Below are positions 21,456 to 29,737 of a stretch of DNA of 64,000 nt, one piece after another. The DNA is from Halanaerobiales bacterium (GTDB lineage Bacteria; Bacillota; Halanaerobiia; Halanaerobiales; M55B127): assembly GCA_046482435.1 (NCBI GenBank), contig JAWOEZ010000089.1, positions 1,183 through 65,182 on the forward strand, in the 5' to 3' direction. A program made the position numbers and the translations under genes. How positions within the stretch are numbered: position 1 is the stretch's first letter; the number at the start of each line of letters is the position of its first letter. The notes beneath the pieces were generated by a model. It was not told the DNA's origin. It ran no database searches and saw nothing but the letters and a program-made list of their open reading frames with translations.

Positions 21456-22046
21456 TTATTTTTCCCTCCCCAGATAACTTAATACATTCTTTATTTTTTC
21501 CTCTAACTCCAAATCAGAACCGAGGTCCAAATTACCAATAGCATTATCTACTTCCTTTTTACTATATCCTAATTGTGTCAAAGCTTCATATAAATCCTCA
21601 TCATAATTTTTCATGGATTTGCCTTTTTGAATTTGTAATTCAGGTAACATATCTTCAATTTTGCTTTTTAATTCTAAAATTAATCTTTGAGCAGTTTTAG
21701 GGCCAATACCTGAAACTTCCTTCAAAACAGATACATTCTCGGATAATATTGCATTTATAAACCTTTCATATGATAGAGAAGATAATACATTCATTGCAGC
21801 ACTAGGACCCACTCTCGAAACTGAAAGAAGGGTCTTGAATAACTTCTTTTCTTCAATAGTTTCAAACCCATATAGATCTAGGGCATCTTCTCTTATATAA
21901 GTATGGATAAATAATTCTAATTTTTTATTTAGATCTTTATTTGTATATATAACGGGAACTTGCACCTGATAACCGACACCATTCACATCAATTATTATAC
22001 TACTTTTATTATTATATATTAATTTACCTTCAAGATGACCTATCAT
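21456..22046 (-). CDS. ruvA: Holliday junction DNA helicase RuvA
   Basis: [10 protein letters not shown]-terminus and HhH motifs ([12 protein letters not shown]). Start set to the ATG at 22046, overlapping the ruvC stop. Confidence 0.9.
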   Translation of the reverse strand: MIGHLEGKLIYNNKSSIIIDVNGVGYQVQVPVIYTNKDLNKKLELFIHTYIREDALDLYGFETIEEKKLFKTLLSVSRVGPSAAMNVLSSLSYERFINAILSENVSVLKEVSGIGPKTAQRLILELKSKIEDMLPELQIQKGKSMKNYDEDLYEALTQLGYSKKEVDNAIGNLDLGSDLELEEKIKNVLSYLGREK

Positions 22047-22540
22047 AAAAGATCTCCCCACTTCTTTTTACTAGCATAACTATGTCCATGGCAAATAGAG
22101 ATAGCCAATGCATCAGCAGCATCATCGGGTTTAGGAATCTCTGATAAATTTAGCAAAGCTTTTACCATCTGTTGAACCTGACTTTTGGAAGCTCTACCAT
22201 AACCTACTACAGCTTGTTTTACCTGTAATGGAGTATATTCGGCGACTTCAATCCCCTGTTGTGAACCTGCAAGTAGTATCACACCTCTTGCCTGACCTAC
22301 CCTGATGGCTGTTTTGACATTTTTATTAAAAAAAAGCTCCTCCACAGCAATTTGCCCTGGTTTGTATTTATTTATCAGTAATAACAAATTTTCATATAAG
22401 TTGGATAATCTATCTACATCACTTTCCTCGGCACTCGTTGTGATTGTATCATAATCTATTAATTCAAAGGAATTCCCCTTCTTTTTAATCACACCATATC
22501 CAGTTGTAGCTAATCCAGGATCAATCCCTAATATAATCAA
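22043..22540 (-). CDS. ruvC: Crossover junction endodeoxyribonuclease RuvC
   Basis: ILGIDPG...G is the N-terminal catalytic Asp motif and DAADALAI is the C-terminal motif. TTG start. Confidence 0.9.
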   Translation of the reverse strand: MIILGIDPGLATTGYGVIKKKGNSFELIDYDTITTSAEESDVDRLSNLYENLLLLINKYKPGQIAVEELFFNKNVKTAIRVGQARGVILLAGSQQGIEVAEYTPLQVKQAVVGYGRASKSQVQQMVKALLNLSEIPKPDDAADALAISICHGHSYASKKKWGDLL

Positions 22541-22583
22541 ATAATCACCTCATTAAACAAAAAAATATAGAACTAAATTAATA

Positions 22584-22609
22584 AATGACACTGAATATTC
22601 AGTGTCATT
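22584..22609 (-). terminator. Perfect 26-nt palindrome after yebC (probable terminator hairpin)
   Basis: AATGACACTGAATATTCAGTGTCATT is followed by a T-rich stretch on the minus strand. Confidence 0.4.
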
Positions 22610-22629
22610 AAATGAGTCATTACTTATCA

Positions 22630-23391
22630 TTATTCCTCATTTTCCATCTGTTCCATGACATCTGCAGGTATATCAAAATTGGAATAAACCTCTTGAATAT
22701 CATCATGATCTTCAAGTTCTTCCATCAAATTTAATAACTTTTTGGCGTCAGATTTTTCAACTTTTATTGTATTATTAGGAACCATAGCTAAATCAGAATC
22801 TACAAATTCAAAACCTTTTTTCTTCAATTCAGCTTTAACATCCTGAAAATCGTTTGTCTCTGTATAAACTGTTATCGTATTATCTTCAGTTTCTACATCC
22901 TCGGCTCCTGCTTCAATTGCTTCCATCATTACTTCTTCTTTATCTAAATCAGTGGAGTTAAGATCTATTATTATTTGACCTTTTCTTTCAAACATCCAGG
23001 CTACACAACCTTCTTCACCTAAATTACCACCATGTTCAGAAAGAATATGTCTTAATTCAGAAGCTGTCCTATTTCTATTATCACTCATTATATCCAAGTA
23101 GAGTGCCACTCCCCCCGGACCATAACCTTCGTATTTAAATTGCTTATAATCTACACCTTCTAATTCCCCGGTACCTCTTTTTATTGCTTTTTTTATATTT
23201 TCTTTCGGCATATCATTCTCTTTGGCCTTATCGATTGCAAAAGCTAAATCAGCATTCATTTCAGGATCTCCACCACCTTCTCTGGCGGCAACTGTAATTT
23301 TTTTAGTTAGTTTAGAAAAAAGTTTTGCCCTTTTCTTATCCTGTTTTTGCTTTCTATGTTTAATATTAGCCCACTTAGAATGTCCTGCCAT
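22630..23391 (-). CDS. YebC/PmpR family DNA-binding transcriptional regulator
   Basis: MAGHSKWANIKHRK N-terminus, diagnostic of the family. 253 aa. Confidence 0.9.
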   Translation of the reverse strand: MAGHSKWANIKHRKQKQDKKRAKLFSKLTKKITVAAREGGGDPEMNADLAFAIDKAKENDMPKENIKKAIKRGTGELEGVDYKQFKYEGYGPGGVALYLDIMSDNRNRTASELRHILSEHGGNLGEEGCVAWMFERKGQIIIDLNSTDLDKEEVMMEAIEAGAEDVETEDNTITVYTETNDFQDVKAELKKKGFEFVDSDLAMVPNNTIKVEKSDAKKLLNLMEELEDHDDIQEVYSNFDIPADVMEQMENEE

Positions 23392-23424
23392 GTTACAACC
23401 TCCTAAAACTTCATTCTGTTGTAC

Positions 23425-23453
23425 ATTTTAACACAATTTATTGTTATTTTCAA
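23425..23453 (-). promoter_or_regulatory. Extended -10 sigma-70-type promoter for yebC
   Basis: TTGAAA-17 nt-TAAAAT with TGt immediately upstream of the -10. Confidence 0.45.
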
Positions 23454-23486
23454 TTTATAGACAAAAAAATAAAACATATGTTTGTA

Positions 23487-23835
23487 ATATAAGAGCAGCA
23501 CTGTAAGCCGGGTTCTGTATCAGATAATCATCTATCTAGGGTAACAATTACTTGTCACCTCAAGCGTCCAACCCGGAGAAAAAGCGGGTCACTTTATCTT
23601 CTCCCTATTTGGACTTACTTCGGATGTGGTTTACCAAACTATCCAGTTACCTGGATATTGGTGAGCTTTTACCTCGCCTTTTCACCCTTACCATAAAAAT
23701 GGCGGTATATTTTCTGTGGCACTTTCCTGGGAGTTTCCTCCACTGGGAATTACCCAGCACCCTACCCTGTGAAGCCCGGACTTTCCTCGTTAGAGGTGAC
23801 TCTAACGCGATTATCTGTGCTGCTCTTATTTTACT
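23487..23835 (-). ncRNA. rnpB: RNase P RNA (M1 RNA), type A-like architecture
   Basis: Minus strand carries the universal GAGGAAAGUCCGGGC and ACAGAACCCGGCUUA blocks. It also has GGUAAGGGUGAAA, GGUAAAC..CCAAAUAGGG and CCUAGAUAGAUGAUUAUC, collinear with E. coli M1 RNA as I recall it. The P1 stem UAAGAGCAGCAC/GUGCUGCUCUUA closes the molecule. Confidence 0.92.
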
Positions 23836-23847
23836 TTAGCATTAACA

Positions 23848-23876
23848 GTATAGCAATCATTTTAACTTTAGTCAAG
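23848..23876 (-). promoter_or_regulatory. Sigma-70-type promoter for rnpB
   Basis: TTGACT-17 nt-TATACT, about 9 nt upstream of the P1 stem. Confidence 0.55.
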
Positions 23877-23899
23877 CTTTACAGAACGGACTATTATTT

Positions 23900-24538
23900 T
23901 TAGTTTACTGTTTTATAAGATATTGCATCTACCGCACACACATCCTGACATTTAAAGCAGTAAAGACATTCTTCATTTTTGATATATTGTTCTTTATTAG
24001 AAATTAAGATTATATTATTTGGACAGGCCTGCATACAAAGACCACAGGTTTCACACTTTTGTTGATCGATCACCATATTTTTATTATTTATTTTATCTGT
24101 TAAGCTCAATATTGCTCCATATGGACATAAGTATTTATGCCAAAGTTCCTCATCAAAAAATAATGAGAGTATAAATCCAGCTATCAAAAAATAAAGTAAC
24201 ATATCAAGTTGGATGTCATTACGCCGACTTATTACCATCGTTGCTACCAATAATAATAATATAGACCATCGAAGCCAATAATGTTTTAAGAAATTAGGGG
24301 TATTCCATACATTGAGATTTAACTTATTATAAATCCAATTTTTAAATCTTATAACAGCATTAATTGGACACATCCAGCCACAATAGAATCTTGCCCATAT
24401 GATAGAAATCAACACCCCCATACCAAAAATACCTAACCAAAGTTGTGTTCTAGCCCTGAAAGCCAAAAATATAAATATTACAAAAAATATTAACTGGGTT
24501 AAATTACGATAAAAACCTTTATTTTTAAAATTGCCCAT
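23900..24538 (-). CDS. Membrane-bound 4Fe-4S polyferredoxin (NapH/COG0348-like)
   Basis: Several TM helices carry the CGWMCP and CPYG motifs. The C-terminus has two ferredoxin-type Cys clusters (CETCGLCMQACP, CLYCFKCQDVCA). Confidence 0.7.
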   Translation of the reverse strand: MGNFKNKGFYRNLTQLIFFVIFIFLAFRARTQLWLGIFGMGVLISIIWARFYCGWMCPINAVIRFKNWIYNKLNLNVWNTPNFLKHYWLRWSILLLLVATMVISRRNDIQLDMLLYFLIAGFILSLFFDEELWHKYLCPYGAILSLTDKINNKNMVIDQQKCETCGLCMQACPNNIILISNKEQYIKNEECLYCFKCQDVCAVDAISYKTVN

Positions 24539-24575
24539 ATTTTCACTTCCTTCCCTTTAAATATGTAAGTCATAT

Positions 24576-24614
24576 AAAAAAAGGAGTAGCTCTTATAAAG
24601 TTAAAGCCACTCCC
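24576..24614 (-). terminator. Rho-independent terminator closing the MMPL/LolA-like/OMP unit
   Basis: GGAGUGGCU-loop-AGCUACUCC plus a U7 run. The stem contains a G-U pair that would be an A-C mismatch on the plus strand, so it is specific to the minus strand. Confidence 0.55.
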
Positions 24615-24630
24615 CTATAGCTTGTACTAG

Positions 24631-25860
24631 TTAGAATAAATATTCTGTTTGGAAATAAATTACGTCTTCTTTAAATATTTCTCCTTCTAAGTTTAAATTT
24701 GCCCCGGCTTGCAAGTTTATTGTATCTGAATAATTATAACTTATTGTAGGCTTGGCCATTAATACCTCGTCATTTAGATTATACTGGAAGTTAATTTCAG
24801 TATTGAGTTTTGATCGCATGAAATCTTTTTTTATTAAAAATGTCATTTGATTACTGAATTCATCCTGCACAATTTCTGCTTGGTAATCTAATATCGCTTC
24901 CTGCATGAATTGTAAACTTAATAGATAACCTTCATAATTATAATCAATTCCAGCTAGCCATTTAGTAAGATCCTTTTCAATTACACCCTCTGGGTAATCA
25001 TTTATCTGAAATTGTGAATCTTGCAAATTAAAATAATTCCCTGAGACATATGCTCCTTCTCCCCTAAGCACATAGGGGCCTCTCATTGTACTAATACTAC
25101 CTCCTACAGTTGTTAGGCGATGATGTTGGGGGACAACAGTCCTTTCTTGAAAATCTTTGTGCAAAGTAGGCTCATCATCCCAACTATAAGCTGCCATTAC
25201 TTCATAATCAAACTTTTGTCCTATAGAAGAATACCTTATGAATAATTCACTATTTTCAAATTCGGACTCAATTTCTTTTTCAGAATCATCTCTTCTAAAA
25301 TTATCAGGTATCTTATTAAATAAAATATCTTTATTGATGGTTGCACTTTGAAACTCTGGTACCCAAACTACTTCTAAGCTATTATTTTTAGGATATAAGT
25401 TTAATTTAAGAGCATTCACTCCCTCAAATTGATCGGAATATTCAACAACAGGATGTACAGTATAATCTCTTGGATTAACTATATTAGTTACAACTATTCC
25501 ATCACTTTTACCCCAGGTTAATTTTTGCTTTCCTGCTCTTAAATCAAAATCAGGAAAATAAAAATCTATATATGCTTCTTTGAATTTGAAATTTTCTGAT
25601 TCTGTTTCCAAGTTATACTCAAAAATGGGATTTATATTAATCTCTCCATATATATCATTTTTATTAAATTTCTTTTCATAATTCACTTCATAGATCAATG
25701 GGAATTTGTATTCTTCCCCATTTTCAATATCATAAACATAACGGTTAATGAGTGAATTTGATACATAAGCAGCATTACTTTGAATTGAAAATGCTACAGT
25801 AATGAAAACAAAAAATAAACTGAATGATATTATTAGAAGTTTTTTATTTAAAGTTTTCAT
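24631..25860 (-). CDS. Putative outer-membrane beta-barrel protein (family not identified by eye)
   Basis: Signal peptide ends ...AFSIQSNAAY. The body is rich in alternating aromatic/polar strands. The C-terminus ...VIYFQTEYLF ends in Phe, like BAM beta-signals. Confidence 0.55.
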   Translation of the reverse strand: MKTLNKKLLIISFSLFFVFITVAFSIQSNAAYVSNSLINRYVYDIENGEEYKFPLIYEVNYEKKFNKNDIYGEININPIFEYNLETESENFKFKEAYIDFYFPDFDLRAGKQKLTWGKSDGIVVTNIVNPRDYTVHPVVEYSDQFEGVNALKLNLYPKNNSLEVVWVPEFQSATINKDILFNKIPDNFRRDDSEKEIESEFENSELFIRYSSIGQKFDYEVMAAYSWDDEPTLHKDFQERTVVPQHHRLTTVGGSISTMRGPYVLRGEGAYVSGNYFNLQDSQFQINDYPEGVIEKDLTKWLAGIDYNYEGYLLSLQFMQEAILDYQAEIVQDEFSNQMTFLIKKDFMRSKLNTEINFQYNLNDEVLMAKPTISYNYSDTINLQAGANLNLEGEIFKEDVIYFQTEYLF

Positions 25861-25891
25861 ATCTATCCTTCCTTTCTAATATTAGTGATAT

Positions 25892-26680
25892 TTAAATTCC
25901 CATTTTCATTTGTCTCTCAGTAAATTTATCTTCTGAAATACCGGTATTATATTCAACTTCATCTAATTTCAATATAGTTTTATGAGCTTTCTGTTTATTA
26001 TACATTTCACTTTTAGTTATTGTTACAATTCCATTGATTTTTTCATAATCTTTTACAGTTAATGTTTTTAAAAGATTTCCATCATTATCATAGAACTCTT
26101 TTTTTAACCCTATCCAATTATCTTTACTTACCCAAGTTATTGTTTTAGAATACAGGTAATCTTCTTCTTTAGGAATATTTTCAACTATATAACATTCCTC
26201 TCCATTAATTTTTTTACTACCAATTAGTTTATGATTGTCTTCCTCTACTTTTCTTTCTCCGAGATCATCATAAGTGAAATCTGAGCCCATGAAATAATCA
26301 CTTTTGTTCTCAGCAGAAATTCTTTTTATCTTTTTTAATGCTGGTAGATAAATCCACTGACTGTCTGCTCTCTTATCTTCATATGTCCAGTTCATAAAAG
26401 ATGTTCCCCTAATATCCTGAGGAGAGGTAAAGAACATAATTTTTTTCTCAACTTCTCCAAAGTCCCGATTAAATTGTTTTAAATCTCTTTCCCGCTCATC
26501 ATCAAATTTATTTATCAATATCATGTTCATTTCAGCTTTCCTATCTTCTCCTGTATTTCTATTATATACTTTTTCCATTATTTCTCTTCCATTTAGATCT
26601 TGAGCCAATGTATTTACAGTAAAACCTGTTATCAAAAGTATTAAAGTCATAAACCCAATTAATAAAATATTTTTTCTCAT
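25892..26680 (-). CDS. LolA-like 'outer membrane lipoprotein-sorting' family protein, secreted
   Basis: Signal peptide without a lipobox Cys (...TVNTLAQD). Motifs WIYLPALKKIKRIS and FMGSDFTYDDL are typical of the LolA_like family. Confidence 0.65.
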   Translation of the reverse strand: MRKNILLIGFMTLILLITGFTVNTLAQDLNGREIMEKVYNRNTGEDRKAEMNMILINKFDDERERDLKQFNRDFGEVEKKIMFFTSPQDIRGTSFMNWTYEDKRADSQWIYLPALKKIKRISAENKSDYFMGSDFTYDDLGERKVEEDNHKLIGSKKINGEECYIVENIPKEEDYLYSKTITWVSKDNWIGLKKEFYDNDGNLLKTLTVKDYEKINGIVTITKSEMYNKQKAHKTILKLDEVEYNTGISEDKFTERQMKMGI

Positions 26681-26703
26681 TTTAACTACCTCCCAAGTAT
26701 TAA

Positions 26704-29016
26704 TTAAACATTATTTTTATTTGTATTTTTGAAAATGAAATCCGGTTTGTATTTGTCAAGCAAACCAACAACTAGAGTAAGTGTAAGAACAAAACTACTA
26801 AATAATGATAATGATACAAGATACCCTAACTCTCTATTTGGCGGGAAACTTGAAAAAATTAATACCATGAAACCGCTAATAACAACTATCGCATTAAATA
26901 CTATTGCCTTACCAGCATGTTTCATTGTCTTTCTTGCTACTATTTTAGGTGAAAGTCCCTGATTACCGTAATGCTTGTACTTTGATAAAAGGTGGATTGA
27001 GTAATCTATCCCCATCCCCACAGCTATACTCGAAATCAAAGCTGTGGTAGTATTTAAAGCTATATTTAGATATCCCATTATTCCAAAGTTGATCACAGCG
27101 GTTATTATTATTGGTAAACTACCAAACAGACCAGCCAGAGTACTTTTAAATAAGAAACCTAATAATACTATCACAATTAGAACTGATAATAATAAACTTT
27201 TTATTTGACCTTCAAGTATGAGGTTAGCAAAAACTCGATTGGTATATGCTGAGCCTGCAAAATCAATTTCTAGCTCTGATAATGAGGACTCCTGTTGATA
27301 ATTTTCTATTTTATCAATAACACTTGTAATTAAACGCGCATCATCATCTTTTAAATTGACCTGTAAATTTGCACTTCTATAATCATAATCAATGACTCTA
27401 TTTAGATCTTCAGGATCACCTGACATAGAATATAGTAATAAATATTGAGCAGTTAATTCCCTAGATTCAGGTATTCTATTATATTTTTTTTGGTTTTCAT
27501 TCATTACCTTATTTATTCTTCTAAGAAAATCTGTAATTGCAAAACTTGCTCCTACTTCTTCCATTGCTTCTAACTCATTCTGAAGTTGCCAGATATCTTT
27601 TAAATATTCAGGATTTTTAAGTGCATCATTTTTTTCAGATTTAATAATCACATTTAAATTTGTAGTACCACCAAAATGTTCATTTATAAAATTATTGGCA
27701 ATTATGATTTCTTCATCTTCCTGGAACTTACTTAAAAAACTTGAATTAATCCAAATGTTTTGGGCTCCAATTACTCCCACTACAAAAATTATTATCGAAA
27801 TTAAGATTATTTTCTTTTTATGGAGTAATACCCAATCAGCAAATTTAAAAAACTTATTGTTTTCACTTTTTACTTCTTTATTTTTCTTTTTCTTTTTACT
27901 TTTCGGTAAACTAAATATCTTTAAACCTGCTGGTATGAAAATTAATGAAAAGACCATGGCTGCCATTACACCAAAGGCCGTAAATAGACCAAAGTACTTA
28001 ACAGGATAAACTTCAGAAGTTAATAAAGATACAAAACCAACTGCAGTAGTGATCGAAGTCATTACTACTGGTTTCCACATATTTTTAATCATATCTGTTA
28101 TTGCTTCACTAGTACCAATGTCGGGATTTTCAAACATTGTATCCTTTAAATGACTTAAAAGATGAATACCATCTGCAACTCCTAAAGCTATTAACATGAC
28201 TGGAATCATCGTTGATACGGCATAGATGGGGATACCGACTGCAGACATCAATCCGAAAGCCCAGATAGTACTAAATAATACAACACCTAAAGTAAGTACA
28301 GTACTTTTGATACTTTTAAAAGTAAGTAATAATACTATAGAAATAATTAAGATTACCAAAGGAATCATGATTTTCATATCCTCAGGCATTAAATTAGCTA
28401 ATGTTCCTTCAATCACAGGCTGTCCAGCTACATAAATTTCGGTAGTATTTTCGCTATTACTGAGCAAATCTTGTATTACTTGATATAACTCTATTCGATC
28501 TACTCCACCATCAATTAATTCGGCCTGAACTAAAGCTACTTTATTATTTTCTGATACTAATCTTTTTGAGATCATATTATTGTCATTAACTTTTTGTTTT
28601 AACTCTTTAAATTGGTCAAAGGTTTCAGGAATTTCAGATAAAAATGGGTTTATTTCAAGACCAAAATCAGAGGCGGTAATATTATCAGCTGTGGCTAAAC
28701 TCTTCACACTATCATTTTCAATTTCATCTAATTCAGCTAATTTATTACTGATTTCTATAATCTGTTGAAGTGTTCCCTTATTATATATTTCTTCTTCATC
28801 TTCAATAGCCACCACCACTGAATCAGCAATACCAAAAAGTTCTTCATAATGGTCACTTTTTTCAAATGCCGGATGACTCTCGGGCATATATTTATCTAAA
28901 TTAGTTTCTATCCTTGCTTTATCATATATTTCATAGCCGAAATATGTGGTTATTGCAAGTAAGATTAATAATGTTATTACAGGTTTGTTAAGAACAAAGT
29001 CATTAATTTTTTTCAT
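26704..29016 (-). CDS. MMPL/RND-superfamily exporter (COG1033, HpnN-like)
   Basis: ~770 aa arranged as two repeats of a large extracytoplasmic loop plus a TM bundle. The GVADGIHLL and GMGIDYSIHLL motifs appear in equivalent helices. Start set to the ATG at 29016 after GAGGAGA. Confidence 0.85.
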   Translation of the reverse strand: MKKINDFVLNKPVITLLILLAITTYFGYEIYDKARIETNLDKYMPESHPAFEKSDHYEELFGIADSVVVAIEDEEEIYNKGTLQQIIEISNKLAELDEIENDSVKSLATADNITASDFGLEINPFLSEIPETFDQFKELKQKVNDNNMISKRLVSENNKVALVQAELIDGGVDRIELYQVIQDLLSNSENTTEIYVAGQPVIEGTLANLMPEDMKIMIPLVILIISIVLLLTFKSIKSTVLTLGVVLFSTIWAFGLMSAVGIPIYAVSTMIPVMLIALGVADGIHLLSHLKDTMFENPDIGTSEAITDMIKNMWKPVVMTSITTAVGFVSLLTSEVYPVKYFGLFTAFGVMAAMVFSLIFIPAGLKIFSLPKSKKKKKNKEVKSENNKFFKFADWVLLHKKKIILISIIIFVVGVIGAQNIWINSSFLSKFQEDEEIIIANNFINEHFGGTTNLNVIIKSEKNDALKNPEYLKDIWQLQNELEAMEEVGASFAITDFLRRINKVMNENQKKYNRIPESRELTAQYLLLYSMSGDPEDLNRVIDYDYRSANLQVNLKDDDARLITSVIDKIENYQQESSLSELEIDFAGSAYTNRVFANLILEGQIKSLLLSVLIVIVLLGFLFKSTLAGLFGSLPIIITAVINFGIMGYLNIALNTTTALISSIAVGMGIDYSIHLLSKYKHYGNQGLSPKIVARKTMKHAGKAIVFNAIVVISGFMVLIFSSFPPNRELGYLVSLSLFSSFVLTLTLVVGLLDKYKPDFIFKNTNKNNV

Positions 29017-29048
29017 ATCTACTCTCCTCATTTGTTAGCAATAATTAT

Positions 29049-29070
29049 AATGAATGAACAATCATTCATT
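29049..29070 (-). promoter_or_regulatory. Candidate TetR operator O1 (perfect 9-bp inverted repeat) overlapping a TATAAT box upstream of the MMPL gene
   Basis: Minus strand AATGAATGA-ttgt-TCATTCATT is immediately followed by TATAAT. It lies in the 68-nt gap between the tetR stop and the MMPL start. Confidence 0.5.
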
Positions 29071-29084
29071 GAAAAGCAAATTTT

Positions 29085-29651
29085 TTATAGCCCTCTTTTA
29101 AAAAAGTTTAAAACTTCCTCCTCAGCATTCTCTAATAACTCTAAATTATTTGTTCTCAATGCTTTTTCCACTACTCCTTGTAAGGCTCCAAATATTAAAC
29201 CAGCAATAATAGTTGGATTCTGGTCCCTTATTTCTCCTTTTTCTTTTGCTTCTTCTAACATTGATTCTAATAAAGATGGGATCTCATTCAAATAACTTAA
29301 AATAGAGGAAAAATCACTTGTTTTAGGAAATTCTTTCTCCCTGACTAAGATCTGAGCAGTATCTAAATTATTTTTGATCTCTTGAAAATGTTTTTCAATA
29401 AACATAGTCAACTTTTCATAAATAGATAACTCTTTACGATCCAACTCTTTTAGATACTTAATCCTTTTTTCAAATTCAACTTCAAAGATATATTCCAATA
29501 TTTCATCTTTGGAATGAAAATAGTTATAAATTGTTCCCACAGCTACTCCTGCTTCATCAGCAATTTTGGATGTTTTGGTATTATAAAAGCCTTCTCTTGC
29601 TATTACCTTTATCGCTGACTGTCTAATTAATTCTTTTTTTTCAATAGTCAT
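29085..29651 (-). CDS. TetR/AcrR family transcriptional regulator
   Basis: The N-terminal HTH (...GFYNTKTSKIADEAGVAVGTIYNYFHSKDEIL) is a classic TetR_N. Start set to the ATG at 29651. Confidence 0.9.
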   Translation of the reverse strand: MTIEKKELIRQSAIKVIAREGFYNTKTSKIADEAGVAVGTIYNYFHSKDEILEYIFEVEFEKRIKYLKELDRKELSIYEKLTMFIEKHFQEIKNNLDTAQILVREKEFPKTSDFSSILSYLNEIPSLLESMLEEAKEKGEIRDQNPTIIAGLIFGALQGVVEKALRTNNLELLENAEEEVLNFFKRGL

Positions 29652-29666
29652 AACAAAATTCCTTTC

Positions 29667-29715
29667 TGAATTATGATTCATTATTCATATTAACATCGTT
29701 TTATACTTATGTCAA
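29667..29715 (-). promoter_or_regulatory. tetR promoter with candidate operator O2
   Basis: TTGACA-17 nt-TAATAT occupies 29687..29715. The palindrome GAATAATGA-a-TCATAATTC (9-bp arms, 1 mismatch) starts at the -10 box. Confidence 0.5.
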
Positions 29716-29737
29716 ATTTTATTTTACTTCTTCAAAC

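Noticed and set aside
23552-23839. A 95-aa plus-strand ORF.
   Set aside because: It lies completely inside, and antisense to, the RNase P RNA gene. Its relatively high GC comes from the structured RNA.
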